Shown one piece after another: positions 39,395-54,699 of a stretch of DNA of 64,000 nucleotides. The stretch comes from Octopus bimaculoides (lineage: Eukaryota): positions 51,747,825 to 51,811,824 of the forward strand of contig NC_068989.1 of assembly GCF_001194135.2 (NCBI RefSeq), in the 5' to 3' direction. Position 1 is the first letter of the stretch, and each line of letters starts with the position of its first letter. The notes beneath the pieces were generated by a model, which saw only the letters and a program-made list of their open reading frames with translations, did not search any database and was not told where the DNA came from. A program made the translations under genes and the position numbers.

Positions 39395-42300
39395 TCACAC
39401 ACGCACACACACATACATTTATATATATATATACGGTGGGGTTGGTTACGTAGCTAGACTGCTTTACTTCAAAACTATTAGAATATTTACTAGAAATTTT
39501 TGATCGTCGAATATTTAAAGTAGACGTTTAGAAAATAGAATTGTAATTTGTATTACCCCCGATCATGTTTATATTTTTGAAAGGTTGATCGCAGCAAGGA
39601 ATTGTAAATGAAAATGTGCCCAACGTTCAAAATTGAATCTAAATATATACTTTATAAGTATAGACTGAAAACTTAATCCCGTGATCAGTTAGTTACGTGA
39701 ACGGTCGAAGATTTACACTCGTAATATTGTTTAATTACTGCATTTTAACTTGAGAAATTAATTTCTCTAACATGATATACAAGATGGTGTATTTTTAATA
39801 GCTGATAAGCCCACAGGCAAATTGGTGGTTGCTAGAAACAGGAGTAGAAATATGTACATGCTATATACGAAAGTCCAGAGACAGGAGGAGTAAATGCAGG
39901 CATATGTATACACATACATACACGCTCTTACACACACATACGCCCACACCTACACACACACCTACAAACACACACGCACGTATATAGAGAGAGATGGAAA
40001 GGAAGAAAAAAGAAAGAAACTAGGTAAAGGAGAGACAATTAAAGAAAAATACATAGAGTAGAGAAACAGACAAAGAGGTAGAGAGTGAAAAAAGATAGGT
40101 AAATAGATATATACATATACACTATACACACACATATATGCAGATTATACGATATTATATGCGTATTCGAAGAGAAATGTACACGGATTCATTCACTGAC
40201 ACAGACTTAATATTTAACAATGCAAATTGGAGCTCATAATGTTTCCATTATAAGGCATGATTTCATTTATACAGTTAATAATATGAATTATACAATGAAA
40301 AATGTTTTGCTCTATCCAGGAATTAAGTTTTCTTCTGCAACATGAATTGCAAATAACGGGAGATTATGTTGATGCATAGTACGATTTTTTCTAATATTCG
40401 ATGTTGCTCAATTAGGATTTCTATGTCGTATTGGAATATTTTAAGTATGATTTAACAACGCTCATCCTATTTTTGAAATGTATATGACATCCCTGATAAT
40501 TACAGCAGTAATATATCTCTATTTAATCATTTTCAATACTTCCAATGTGCACATATTTATAAGCAAGAAGCGATTGTGAAAATTATTCCCAATTATATAT
40601 AAATACTTACGTTTTATATAATATCTTGGAATGCTTTATACTGTGGTTTTCTGTTGAGTTTTAATCTTATATTTGGATATATATTTCATCACATTTGCAC
40701 TGAAATGAGTCAATGATTGAATATTTACAAATGCCAGCCGAATATCCTTTAGATGATTACATATAGCTATACTAAAAATAGTGTGACTCGTTACATAACG
40801 TCCGCTTTGATACTATTAAACTAGACAGAAATACAAGATTCGATATTCAGTGCAGAGTACTGCCTTTCGAACTTATTCGGGGTTAACTAACAAGGAGCTC
40901 TAAAACAAACCTAATTTGAAGTAAAGAATGAGTGTGTTAGTCATCCATATTTCAAAGATAATATTAACTAATGAAACAGACAATTCTGTACATGAAATAT
41001 TTCCTTTATTACATCTGACATTTGTATGGTAGTCGAAGGCGTTGAGAGAAAAGTTTGGAAGCATTTACAGGTATAGTCTCGAAATTCACTTTTCTCACAA
41101 CAATACAGTTCTTGAAACATTTTATGTATGCAGGAAATAGTATATGTCATTGTGTTTTAAATTATTCTATTATTAAAGTCTCCCAGTAATTGTCCATACA
41201 TCTAATGTCCATTCATGGAGCTAAGACATTCTTTTTCATTCTTGATTTGAGGCTAACAATCTACAAAGCTCGGCAATGCACCAAGTAACATGCTTACGCG
41301 GCGGCAGTGGTAATATTTACATAACATGTAGCCAGAATCTTGAAGTATATTAAAGTTATTGGACGATCTTTTTCATCGTGAATCGATAACTTGCGGAAAG
41401 CCAAAATGTCTTATTTTTCTGTTCGTCTGCAATCATTACACCAGTCTAAGTCCTATGAACTTGTTATATATATTATCACTCAAGCCACAGATGCTAATTC
41501 CGTTTTTATTTCTATTTGCACAAATGCTTTCTTTCATATCCAGGATACACGCACAAAATACGTAACTCATAGCAGTCTTCTGCACATATTGCTATTATTC
41601 TAGAGCTATAGATTATTAACATTATTAAATGCAACAATACAAAAGGGATTGCAATGCTTCCTCCCTTATGATATTTTCAGAACTGAAACAATACAATAAA
41701 GCGTAATTAAGTTTTCAGAAACTTATTTTATGGAGATAAAAGGATGATGTTGAACTACAGAAGAGAATTCAGACAGGTTTACGTAGTTAAATCTTGAATA
41801 TAGTGAAAACAGACATATTTTGCGTCTTGTAGGCTTAAATTGTTTTAAATTCTTGAGTGTTAGGATTATTTGTGTTATGTTCGTCTTACAAACGAAACTT
41901 TTTTCATATTTTTGTGAACAGAATAACTTCTAATACAATGACATTGATTCACGGTTGAAGTGTTCACTCTCATCAAGATAAGCATTAGGTTATTTCTTTG
42001 AGAAGATTGAATGCAAATTCCAACGGAATTAGACATAACCCTACTCCACGGGTAACTATGGTCGAGATACTATAGATTCCGCAAGACAACGAGAAAAGCA
42101 ATTACATATTTACTTCCGTCCTTTGTAGTTGAAGGAAATTTGAAGTTTAGAAATCATTACTGAACCCACTTAGTGACTCAAACTGTCAGAAAATTATACT
42201 GCTTTTCTTTTTTTTCGTTTACACTCAATACTTCAATACTTTTTAAATATTCAATAAATTGCTTTTTCTTGCATGTATTTTGGTATTATGATATATTTGT

Positions 42301-42399
42301 AAAATATTATAAGCATGTGTAGGGAAATGGAATACCAAGTACTCGGATATAAAGTGTGATAAAATCCAAAATACGTGAACAATAAATTTTGAAACTAAT

Positions 42400-42722
42400 T
42401 CAAAAAGTATAGAAAGGAATGGGAACTCTGCAGCTGAAGCGACTCGAAATATTCACTCAGCTTAAGTAGAAGACTGCCTCGATGAAAGAATTTCCAGTTG
42501 ATTATTTGTAAAATTTATAAGTGGAGATTTTAGCCTTGAAGATGAGGCCCGAACAGGACGTCCAATTGAGTTTGATAACAATCTCCTTTTAGGAGAACTT
42601 GAAAAAGATCGTGCGGCTTCAATTGAAGAATTGGAAAGCCAGCTTCGTTTAAACCATACAACTATCCACTGTCATCTTCAACAGCTTGAAAAGGTCCAAA
42701 AACTCGGAAAATGGGTGTCCTA
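42400..42722 (+). mobile_element. Mariner N-terminal fragment
   Basis: GNSAAEATRNI, SGDFSLEDEARTGRP, TTIHCHLQQL and KLGKWV, then truncated. Confidence 0.85.
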
Positions 42723-43149
42723 GTCATTCTCTGTGGCTTGTGTTAGTGCCATATCTTGCATCTCTTAACCCCCATATTTCACAGTTACCGATGTAGCAAT
42801 TTGATACCGCATCATGTCCCCACAACATATATTGGTTTGAGGTTAAGTTGAGGGTATTCATTCACAATACGGACAATGGTTTCGTGAAACCCATTACAAG
42901 TTCGGCACAATACGGACACTTGCTCATTCCTAAGATTGACCCTCCAATTCGAGGTGCGCTACCAGTATGGTGCTCCCGGTCTCCTTTTCAAATGTTCCTC
43001 TCTTTAAGTAGTCTCACCTAAGTTCTGCAGCAACTTCATTTGTGGCTGCATGGAATTAAAAACGTAGTTACTTGTTGAATAATGCTTCTTTAACTTTTCT
43101 TACTTGTTATTTTCGTTTTTCCTATTTGCAATGTTCCCCCATTTCTCAC

Positions 43150-43560
43150 TACATCAAGTAAAGTTTCCTTTGAGTTAAATATTTAATTTAAATAGTTCCT
43201 TTGTTCAATATGCATGTAGCCTTCCATACTTACCAGTCCTATTTGTACATTACCTCCCTTCATGTATATATAATTTATGTCTGCGCGTGGAAGATGCGCT
43301 CCTATCCAATTCCTTTAGTTCATCTTCACTTCACTACAGAATTCTACATCCATACCAAACAACAGCAACTACGTGAAAGTGTATTGCCGAAATTGTCCCT
43401 GGCTTCGGCTTTGTCTAGAAAAATTTGCTCTATCGCCGCATGCAATCTTTCTTTCCCTTTTGTTTCATATCATCATGCTTCATTCCATCTGCATAAAGCA
43501 TTCCTAGGTATCCAGTTTCGATTGCATTCATCATTTCACCAATTCGTGTACAGATAGATT
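43150..43560 (-). mobile_element. Degenerate R4/Dong-like LINE fragment
   Basis: GYLGMLYADGMKHDDMKQK (resembles YKYLGILEADDIKHEEMK) and EDELKELDR. Confidence 0.55.
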
Positions 43561-43569
43561 CTATTCTGA

Positions 43570-43571
43570 TG

Positions 43572-43663
<92 letters not shown>

Positions 43664-43696
43664 NNNNNNNNNNATAATAATAATAATAATAATAAT

Positions 43697-43777
<81 letters not shown>

Positions 43778-43786
43778 CATTATTAC

Positions 43787-43831
<45 letters not shown>

Positions 43832-43865
43832 CAGCAGCAGCAGCAGCAGTAACAGCAGCAACAGT
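43570..43865. repeat. Compound (AAT)n(ATT)n(AGT)n(GCA)n microsatellite
   Basis: Directly visible. Confidence 0.95.
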
Positions 43866-44289
43866 AGTAGTTTCAGCGTATCGCCTCCTGTTACCGTTGT
43901 TACATGAATCTCGTACATTTGACATCATGTTGCGCTTTTAATTGCAATGCTATCATGAATCAGTGAGCCTACTAATTAGCAAGCATTAAATTATCATTGA
44001 TAATCTAACACATCGATCATACATTAACTTTCCATGTGAGATTAGAGCTTAAGCCACTCATATTGCTCTCTATATGATCATCATTAATTTTAAATTTGTT
44101 AATCACAGCAGACGTCCGTAAATAGTACACTTGTTGAAACACCCAGGCTAAACACCTTACGAGATGATGTAATTTATTCACCACATGCATAAATGGACAA
44201 ATATTATAGAACCGAGATTCTGATTCCATTGAAATGCACAATAATTTAGACATGCATCGGATAAAGTTTACTGAACGCAGGAATGGCTG

Positions 44290-47200
44290 TGTGAAAAAAA
44301 AGCTTGTTTCCCAACCACACGAGAAATTGTTGCAAGATCAACTTCCTAACTAACTGTCTAAAACACAACATTTTCCCTAACACAATCAGGAATACTCACC
44401 TACCAGAATGCTTTAACAAGAAGTAGCTTCTAAAACTCTCTCTTATTCATACAGAAATATATCACTAAGAAAATATTTAAACATCTTCACAAGAGGCTCT
44501 CTCAACATATTCTTAATATCCCTAATCTAAAAACTAAGCTAGCACAACAAACTGACAATCCAGACACCTCTCTATCACGCTTATACGACATGATAAACCA
44601 ATGTTATCACAATAGACTATCCCACGAGATGGAATCCCTTACAAGAAAATACCAATGGATTAAGAAAAAACAACACGCGGCCCAGAACCCGTTGAACTAC
44701 AGCAACAACAACAATTGCTACTACCATTCCGCCCCTTCTAGCAACACTGGTGACAATATTCCTCACATCGGCCAACAGAAATAAACATTAGATTCTACTG
44801 CTAACTCGACCAGCAGCAATTGCTACCACCATCCCGACACCTCTACTAACCCCAATGACAATCAACCATCACCAACACGACAGCCATAGGAATGACTGAC
44901 CAGCCACCGAACTCTATGCGCCCTACTACCACAAGCCACAGGGCCCCACCACCACCACCACCACCACCTAATACAACCATACTTACGACGGCCATTGCTA
45001 CTGTTGCTAACACTACCCTGGTTACAGACCTTATTGGTTCTCTCACAATAGCAGAGAAACAACTGCTAAGTTCTGGACCCAAATTCATTCTAACACAACT
45101 CAAGGACAAATTGAAACTGAAGATAAAGACCAACTTCTGTCGGACAGCTTACCAACTAAAATGCATTACGGCCCTTAAACCACCTCCCCTCACACACACA
45201 CATCATCTTCCCCTTCATCGTCATCGCTGCTAATATCGCCGATATTGCTCTCACCATCATCTACATCTTCTTCCCCATCACCATCTTTAAGGTCTTCATC
45301 AGCGTCACCGTCATCATCTATTCTTTTACCTCCTACCTCCTCCTCTCTCTCCACCGCTCCTACGTCTTCCTCATCGTCATCTTCACCATCTTCATTACCA
45401 TCATCATCGTCATCCCCTTCTTCTTCTTCTTCTTCTTCTTCTTCTTCTTCTTCTTCTTCGTCTTCTTCTTCTTCTTCTTCTTCTTCTTCTTCTTCTTCTT
45501 CTTCTTCTTCTTCTTCTTCTTCTTCTTCTTCTTCTTTTTCTTCTTCTTCTACCTCCCCTTCTCCCTCGTCCGATACACTTAAATTCCCCGTCCACCATCT
45601 CGATAACTCACTCCACCCTCTCCCTCCCAACCTCCAATTCAACACTAAACTAACTAGACTCAAACAATCCATACTTAACGTATTAGATAAATGCCTTTTC
45701 CCATTACGCAAACTTACTAAATCCCAATTCCTGACCTTGCAAAGCGTAAGAAAAAAGAACCTCATCTACCTACCTACATACAAAGGGAAACAATTCTGCA
45801 TTATAGACAAACTCACCTCCAAAAAACTAGCTATCGAACACCTCAGTGACACCACACTATACGAAAAGATTTACAACATCACACCTCACTAACTGGAGTC
45901 CACCATCAACACCAGCATCTGTCACCAAAGGAATTTCTCTAAGAAGACTAGACTGAATTACACATCTAAAAACACCACCCTTCCAACCTTTTTTCGATTT
46001 AATAAAAACCTACAAACCCGGAGACCTAAGCTTAAAATCAGACTCATAGTATCAGGAATTAACGGTCCTTTCTATAAGATTTCTTGGCTCCTCTCTAAAC
46101 TCCTCAAGCCCTTACTACACGCATTCCCCGGACACATCAGCGTCTCCTCCGAAATCTTCACAAGACTCTAAGATATCGACCCTTCGTATTTAAAACTAAC
46201 AAATATCCTTTTCTTTTAGACTCTATACCTCTGTACCTGCTCTCCCGGCCGTTGATATCCTCATATACCACATCACGTCCTTATCTCACCCCACATCTCC
46301 ATGCCCCACCTCTCTCCTCATCTCTCCCCCCTCCCCTGCAATCTCCTCCTCCTCCTCTCCATATTTCCCTTCCTTTTCTTCCACCTCCGCATCCATCAAC
46401 CTCCAGGTCTTCGGCCGCACACCCTCGGACATACGACGGTTACTAACCATTATAGTTGGTTACACCTACTTCCAATATAAATGTGTGATTTACAAACAGA
46501 TTTCGGCCTAATTATGGAACCTGAACTGTTAGGCCTGCTGGCCTTCACGTACATGGATAAGCTAGAACGCACAGCACTCAGCAGCCGCCGCTCATGCACC
46601 TTCTCCAGTTACGCTGATGGCATCTTTATCATCACGTCCTCCAGAGATGAGGTCATTATCATACACAAGACCTTCAATAACCGATATAAACATGAAATTC
46701 GAGATTGGACATTCATACGAATCCGAAACCCTCTCTCTACTCGACTTCCAACTAAAGATCTCAGAGGAAGACTCTGTATTTACCAAATTCTACAGAAAAA
46801 CCGCTAATAGAAAACTTTTCGTTTACTAACAGTCAGCCTTACCCACCAGAGCCAAAGCCGCATACGTGAGAAACGAGATTGCTCGTATAGACAACCATTG
46901 CGGTAACGCGGCTGACAAAGCCGTCAACACCAAACACTTCCTCAGAGACTTAACCCTGAATGGCTACCCACCATCTTTAGCTAAACAACGGCGCCTGAAG
47001 AACATCAAGGTCTATAAACACCGAAAGAACCATCAAATCCGAAATATTGAATACAAGGTAAGTCTACATTAATTCGCATGTTTGTTTTCTTGTAATTTAC
47101 TTTGCATTTACTTCGCCTTGTTTTGGCCTTACCCACGATCAATATATACTACACAATGCATCAAAATCTATAAACCTCGGAAGAGCCATCATACTCCCAA

Positions 47201-47830
47201 GTCCAGCACGTGCTTCCTAAAGCTACCACACTTTGACGGCAGAACTACTGCAGCGATACAACACGCAGTCCGCAGAACAACACCTCTCACTACTTTCAGG
47301 AGTGCGCATTGTCGAACTACCCCATCAATGACCCTGAATTGTGCCAGAGGACCTATGTTGTATATGAGATCATCCGTGGAAAATGTGCCGCATCCTACAT
47401 TGGAAGCACGGCACGAAAACTGCATACACGCATTAAAGACCACATGCAAGCAGACACTTCCGTGAAGAAACATCTATGGAAGTGCCAGACCCGGGAATTC
47501 ACAGGGCACATCAAGGCAACACAGGGGAACAGGGGCAACGTAGAATCTCTGAGGCCATCTTCATACACCAACAGAAAACTAAGATCAACAATCGAAGAGA
47601 GTTGCAAGAAGAAAGCTGGTTGCTATAGCAACATCTTTCAGCGCATGTCCACTCCACACACGCTCACACGCACGCACGCACATCGGCAACATTCGTCAAA
47701 TACTTGAAAATGGGGTGATAACCACGAAATATTGAATACAATATAAGTTTACATATTTGTTTTCTTGTGATTTACATTGCATTTACTTCGTATTGTCTTG
47801 GCCTAGCCCACGATCCTTCATACAATATGT
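44290..47830 (+). mobile_element. Large degenerate Penelope-like element (RT and GIY-YIG) with low-complexity insertions and duplicated tail
   Basis: LSSGPKF, LIYLPTYKG..FCIIDK, IVSGINGP, AFTYMDKLE, LSLLDF, FYRK and VVYEIIRGKCAASYIGSTARKLHTRIKDH. (CTT)n insertion at about 45415-45550. Confidence 0.9.
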
Positions 47831-47957
47831 GTGTGTGTGTATGTGTGTATGCGTTTGTGTGTGCGCGTGTGTGTATGCGTGTGTATGTGTGTGTATGCCT
47901 CTGTGTGTGTGTGTATGTGTGTGTGCGTGTGTGTGTATGCGTGTGTATGTGTGTGTA

Positions 47958-48004
<47 letters not shown>

Positions 48005-51000
48005 AGCGGTAGCTAGATAGTTGAATGATCTGCTTTGCAAGAAAGATTAAAGAATAACCTTCCTTTAATGAGTTTCTCGAAGCATCTGTGTCATGAGACG
48101 TAATTCTTAATTATTCAAGAAGCTTAACGTTTCTCCTGGAAGTTTCTAGAATGTCTAGCGTACCATTAATAAAACAGCTTGCTAACCCTGCTCTTCGTTT
48201 CTTAGACGATTAGACATAGAGCCATTCATGTCATTGCTATGACCGTCTATTTCTCTACGCCACATGACTGAAAACCACCACTTAGCTGTTATTTCTACAT
48301 TTTCTATTTCTCTGCGTAGTTTTCTTCTTTCTCTCTTCTTTTTTCTTTCTCACTCTATTTTTTTCACTTTCATTCCCTTCTGTCAAATAGCGTAAGCTCG
48401 ATTTCTCAAAGACTTTTCCATTCTTCCTGTGCGTTAAACTAATACACCAGCTTATTTGTCCCTCGTTTTTCATGTCTAGGAAGAGTTTGTATAATGAGGT
48501 TATTTATAATGTATATTTCATAGAATATTTTGTTCTTCAATCTGATGGAATTATTTTATGCGCAGTACCGTTTTACTTTGACAGCACTACAACTCCCTGA
48601 TGCAAGCTCTGAACTTGGGCTAAGATCTCTTTTATGTATTCTTACTAGTACCCAGTCATACAAACACATGCACACACATGCATACGAATGCACACAAATG
48701 AGTGCGTGCACACACACACACACAGACACAGAAATACACATATATTTATCAATTACGAAAATTTATTCCATATACTTTTGTTATATTTTCATATGCGTTT
48801 TCCTGTTATTCTCCTTCTTTAATGTTTTTTTTTTCTTTCTTGTTTATCAATAATATTAAGAATATGTTTCTTAAAATTAGAGGCAGCGATGCTAATAAAG
48901 TTTGCATAAGCATAAGGAAGTCCTTTTTGAACGACGCAAAATGCCGTTTGCTTCACTGATATTTCTCATAAAACACTCACTCATACATACGTATTTCTAT
49001 ACGCGCGCGCACACACACACGCACACACACACGCACACACACACGCACACACACACGCACACACATACATACCCACACACAAATACTTACACACACATAC
49101 ACACAAACACACGCACATATATAAAGAGAAAGTGAGAGAGTTAAGTATATATATGTGTGCGCGCGTGTATGTATAAACATGCATTTGCATATAAATATAT
49201 AGTCATAGGGAGATAGATAAATAAATGTGAATATATAAATTCATATATATATATGTGTGTGTGCGTGCATGCATATCTAATTAAAGACACATACATACAT
49301 ATACATACATGCATAGATACGTACATCCAAGGATATGTACATGCATATAGGCATAGATGAATGCACGTATACGTATATTCATCTTCATAACTACTTATAT
49401 ACATACGTTTAGCGTTGTAGCCTATTAAATATATTTTTTTTCTTCTGTATAGTTTCTTTATTTGCAGACACTTGGTTGTTTTTAACTTTATGTAGTTGCA
49501 GCAAAATATTTATCAAAGTTTTTGCAATCGATGATTTCTTGTTCGGAGCATCAATATTTTTTGTGAAATATATCAAAGAAATAATAAAGTGAATGCCTCC
49601 GGTGAAAGTATTTTATATATTGCGCTCTTAGTATGTATCCTGAATAATATATTAAAAAATTGGAAATATATTTCTTTTAAAACATAGAGAAACAGAATGA
49701 CTTATAGATTTCTATTATTTTCTGAAAACAATTGAGTTTTCCTTGAAGTTATACCACATGCTAGTGCATTATCTGAAATTATTATTCTATGAATTGCACG
49801 AGTAAAAACGACAAAAATATATGTACATTCCAACACATATTGAAGCATAACGTATTTGCAATAAAATTGAAAAAACGTTTTGTATGGCCGTCGTTTTCTA
49901 AAGTGTATTCAATAACCTAGTCGCACAACTGTCGTCTTTTCTTTCCCCCCGAATACATGTTACTTCCTAATTTTATGTCTTTAATTTTATGATATTAGCT
50001 CACTTATGAACAATTGCTAGGCACCAGTCAATAGAATGCGTACAATAATAGAACATGGAGCTGAAACTGAATACAATATATTACTATTAAAAATCTAACT
50101 TAAAAAATATTCTTTATATACATTTAGCATTACATAAGTAAAATGTGTGTGTGTGTATGTATATGTACATATGTATATGTATATATATACATACATATAT
50201 ATNNNNNNNNNNNNNNNNNNNNNNNNNNNNNNNNNNNNNNNNNNNNNNNNNNNNNNNNNNNNNNNNNNNNNNNNNNNNNNNNNNNNNNNNNNNNNNNNNN
50301 NNNNNNNNNNNNNNNNNNNNNNNNNNNNNNNNNNNNNNNNNNNNNNNNNNNNNNNNNNNNNNNNNNNNNNNNNNNNNNNNNNNNNNNNNNNNNNNNNNNN
50401 NNNNNNNNNNNNNNNNNNNNNNNNNNNNNNNNNNNNNNNNNNNNNNNNNNNNNNNNNNNNNNNNNNNNNNNNNNNNNNNNNNNNNNNNNNNNNNNNNNNN
50501 NNNNNNNNNNNNNNNNNNNNNNNNNNNNNNNNNNNNNNNNNNNNNNNNNNNNNNNNNTATATATATATATATATGTATGTATATAAAAAATTTCCTTCGT
50601 GGTCATTGATTTACATTATATAATATATGCATTTATTGCACATTATTTCATTTATTTTGATAATCGTTTTAACTTCAGGCCTAATTGCATTTGTTGATAA
50701 ATATTTCATAGTACGTTACAAATAAACTGGCAAGGATAAGAAAAGTCGGAATCTAATGCATTTATATAGATCGATCGTTATCAATATAGCAGAGACTAAA
50801 TCACGCATATACAAGTCTCATAAATAAAATCCTACTCTTTTCAAAAAAGAGAGGCAAATGACCACTTTAATTTTAAATATTACATATCACAGAATACACT
50901 AAGATGTAAAATGGTCAATTCTGGAATACACTAATAAAAGAAATTCTTGATAATGGATTATTAAACAATAAAATCTATTATACCAAAAGAAAGCGGCTAT

Positions 51001-52729
51001 CTAGCTTAAACAATTATTTTAAGTATACTATAAACTACATTTGAAAACAGCTTTATGTTTCTTAACCAGTTGGCCTTGGTCGTGCAAACATTGTCATTTA
51101 TTCTGATTATAACGTTTTTTTTCGTTGCGTTTAGACATCATCGGGGAATTCTGCTAAAAACGGATTCTGTTCATGACAAAGCCCCCTTTCAAACATAGTT
51201 TGTACATGCTCCTTTTTTCTTCAACATGGCGTAATACACATTTACTACTAAAAACAAGTAGTGAAATTAGAGATTAATATACCAAAGTATTTTTCGGGGT
51301 TAAAGTTCAATGTGAAACTGAACAACTGGAAACGGGAACGAATACCTTTACTTTGGGAATAATAAATACTATCATATGAAATACCGTTTTAATTATGTCA
51401 TGAAAAAAATTATATACAAATTCATATCTGTATGTCTGTTCATATTTGTTGTTAAAGCAAATGTCTTTGTGCGTATATGCATATATGTATGTGTGTGTGA
51501 AGGTGTACTTACAAGCACATGCACATTTACATACAAATCCAAACACACATATATTTGCTGAGCCATGCCATCGCTCTCTATTAACTGCTTAAAGGGCATA
51601 ATAATTTGAAACCTCTTTGAAGCGTCTACCAATTGCTTGTCGAAATCTGGCATTGCCTGCAATCTCTTTTCTTCGTCATTGTTAGTTAGGGAAGTTCAAT
51701 TAATTCAGCGCTTATATCTTCGTGACAGAAATCAAGTAATATTATTGTGACAGGCGGTAAGTTCAGCTGTGCAAGACAATTATATTGATCGCATAAAATA
51801 TGCAGTTAAATAACTGTCAGTCTCAAGATTGTGTCTCGCGAAGTTGACGAGGAATGAACAGTGAACATAAATAGTTCTGTTTTCCGCCGTGTCTACAGAC
51901 ACACCTACTTTCATAAATTTATCGATCAGAAACAGACATACAAATACACATACATACATACACATGATCATACACATGCACAAAATATACATTACACGAG
52001 CACAAAAATACAAAATCATTAACAATCGATATAACCAACATAAGTTTAAATATATTAGAATGCACAGAACCATGAAGGACATAGGTAATTAAACAGATAC
52101 ATATGTTTGAAAACCATAGTACTAATTTAGCTAGTGTTATTCTTCTATTTAACCATGTTATTCTATAATTGTAGATATATGTATGGAAGTGGTTTTCTCG
52201 AAAATCTACGTAGTTATTTGAATAATGTTGTAAACAGCAGTTAACAATAAAGTTTATTTAATCACATATACTTTNNNNNNNNNNNNNNNNNNNNNNNNNN
52301 NNNNNNNNNNNNNNNNNNNNNNNNNNNNNNNNNNNNNNNNNNNNNNNNNNNNNNNNNNNNNNNNNNNNNNNNNNNNNNNNNNNNNNNNNNNNNNNNNNNN
52401 NNNNNNNNNNNNNNNNNNNNNNNNNNNNNNNNNNNNNNNNNNNNNNNNNNNNNNNNNNNNNNNNNNNNNNNNNNNNNNNNNNNNNNNNNNNNNNNNNNNN
52501 NNNNNNNNNNNNNNNNNNNNNNNNNNNNNNNNNNNNNNNNNNNNNNNNNNNNNNNNNNNNNNNNNNNNNNNNNNNNNNNNNNNNNNNNNNNNNNNNNNNN
52601 NNNNNNNNNNNNNNNNNNNNNNNNNNNNNNNNNNNNNNNNNNNNNNNNNNNNATATATATATCATATAAATAATATATAAACATATGCATATATCCATAC
52701 ATATATATACATACCTACATCTATATGTA

Positions 52730-52895
52730 TACATAAATGCATATATGGGTACAGGACATCACAAAAAACGTTAAAAACAACGGGAAACGAAAACATAAAG
52801 ACAAAAACAGAAACCGAGCTTTTTTTCCGAACAACGAAAAAAACAGGGAAACGAGACATGCAACATAAAGAGTATAACCCTTCGTCAGTTGACCC
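52730..52895 (-). mobile_element. PLE-associated tail repeat containing CTGACGA
   Basis: Minus strand reads caactgacgaagggtt...tgtcctgtacccatatatgcat, similar to 28740-28890. Confidence 0.45.
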
Positions 52896-52910
52896 AGTTC
52901 CATCTACTCC

Positions 52911-52970
<60 letters not shown>

Positions 52971-54211
52971 ATACATACACACGCATACACACTGACGCAC
53001 GCACGTACACACACACACACACACACACAATTACAGAAGAACTACTAATAGTTCCATGTTTTAAGATACATTGAATTGGCAGATCTATGTAACATGCCAT
53101 TTATCTCCGAGCAGTCTTTCAGGTTTAGTTCCTATATCAGATGCATTTAAACCCAGTACGCTGTTCTACGGGAAAATATGAGAATAAGCGAGGACAAGAC
53201 AAAAACGGGACGAAATTTGATGCAGAAAGTAGAAGGAAAAGAAGAGAAGAAAAGAAAGAAAACAAATATCTTTGTTCTTTTTTCCTGTAGAAACCATAAT
53301 TAATGTTGCTGGTACAGAATAATATAACAGAAAGGAGGCCAAAATCTGTGAGATAGCGTCCCAGTGTATGTATTATTTCCATTCTTCATTAATACATCCC
53401 TTTTAGTATCCAAGACGGACAATACAAGTAGTACCTTCTCTGTTAAGTGGAAGATCATTCTGATCCTAGTATAAACTAGCATGCTGAATTAAGAGAAATG
53501 GATAGCCTCTTGGAACCACATCGTGAGCAATAGGAAGACAAACACAACAATCTACCCTTTATAAATTCTACTAGTATTGTTAATCATTTTATCTCTCTAC
53601 CGCACTGTAAAAATACTATATACTTCTCTGCAACAAACATTTACATGCCCTGGTAACAGTTGTCGTTCATATATCTATAACTTATTTCTCTGCTTACCGG
53701 ATTACTACATTAGCCACGGAATGCATCTGACTTCCAAAGACATATACCTAACATTAGATAACGTATAGCCCGTTTCAAATACGATATATATTCTGTACAT
53801 GTTCTGTCACAATTTCTTTAACAATCTCATTTTTTTTTACCTCTAAATAGATTGTTTAACATATATCAATGGAGACATCTCAAAGGTTAATTAATGGCTC
53901 TTTCCCCATCAAGACAATAGTAAAAAAAAAAAAAAAGAAATAACAAAAATGTTCAGTAAACCTTTTGTTGCATTCAATAATCTTATATTTCATCTTCGAA
54001 TATATTTTTAGCAGCTCTAATGATTTCTTATGCTAAAGCAGTATTGATATGATCTATAAATATAATTTAATATTTGATTTTATCAACTACATAGTTCATC
54101 CATCAACACGACTATCGTTGGCAGCCGAATAATTCGCGTCTTTGTCGACGTCATGCTGGATGTCACACTCCTCTTAATCTCCTTACTGCTCCTCCTTCAC
54201 CACCTCCTCTT

Positions 54212-54279
<68 letters not shown>

Positions 54280-54699
54280 GTTTCAAGAACATTTTTGTCA
54301 TGAACACCATCGTCGGCTTTATCACTATTATAATTACTTCTCACATTTTCTTACCAAGATTAATTAAGATTTTGGTCATTGCCTCCATTATCGGTTTATA
54401 GTATCATCATTCTATTGGCTTCTTAAAGAGCATTGCTATGAACTTAACATTTTTATCCGATTACAGCATTATCTTCGAATTACAATATGACCCATAGCAG
54501 TGCTGCTTTTCTCATCAAAATATTCTGATTATTATAATGAACACCATATTAAAACTTTCTTGTTGGCGTCAAGTAATGCAAAACATTTAGGGTAAATCAA
54601 AAACAAAGGAGAGTTGGGGCTTTACATGAACCTGCCGAAATAGAAAGAAAATAAAAATTAATAACAAATATATAACAACAAATATGCTATATATAGGTA

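Noticed and set aside
42730-43060. NeSL/R2-like LINE fragment
   Set aside because: Only a faint resemblance. Not enough motifs to support a call.
45190-45892. 191-215 aa acidic or Ser-rich ORFs
   Set aside because: They come from a (CTT)n expansion inside a PLE. Only the end of the plus ORF is PLE-derived.
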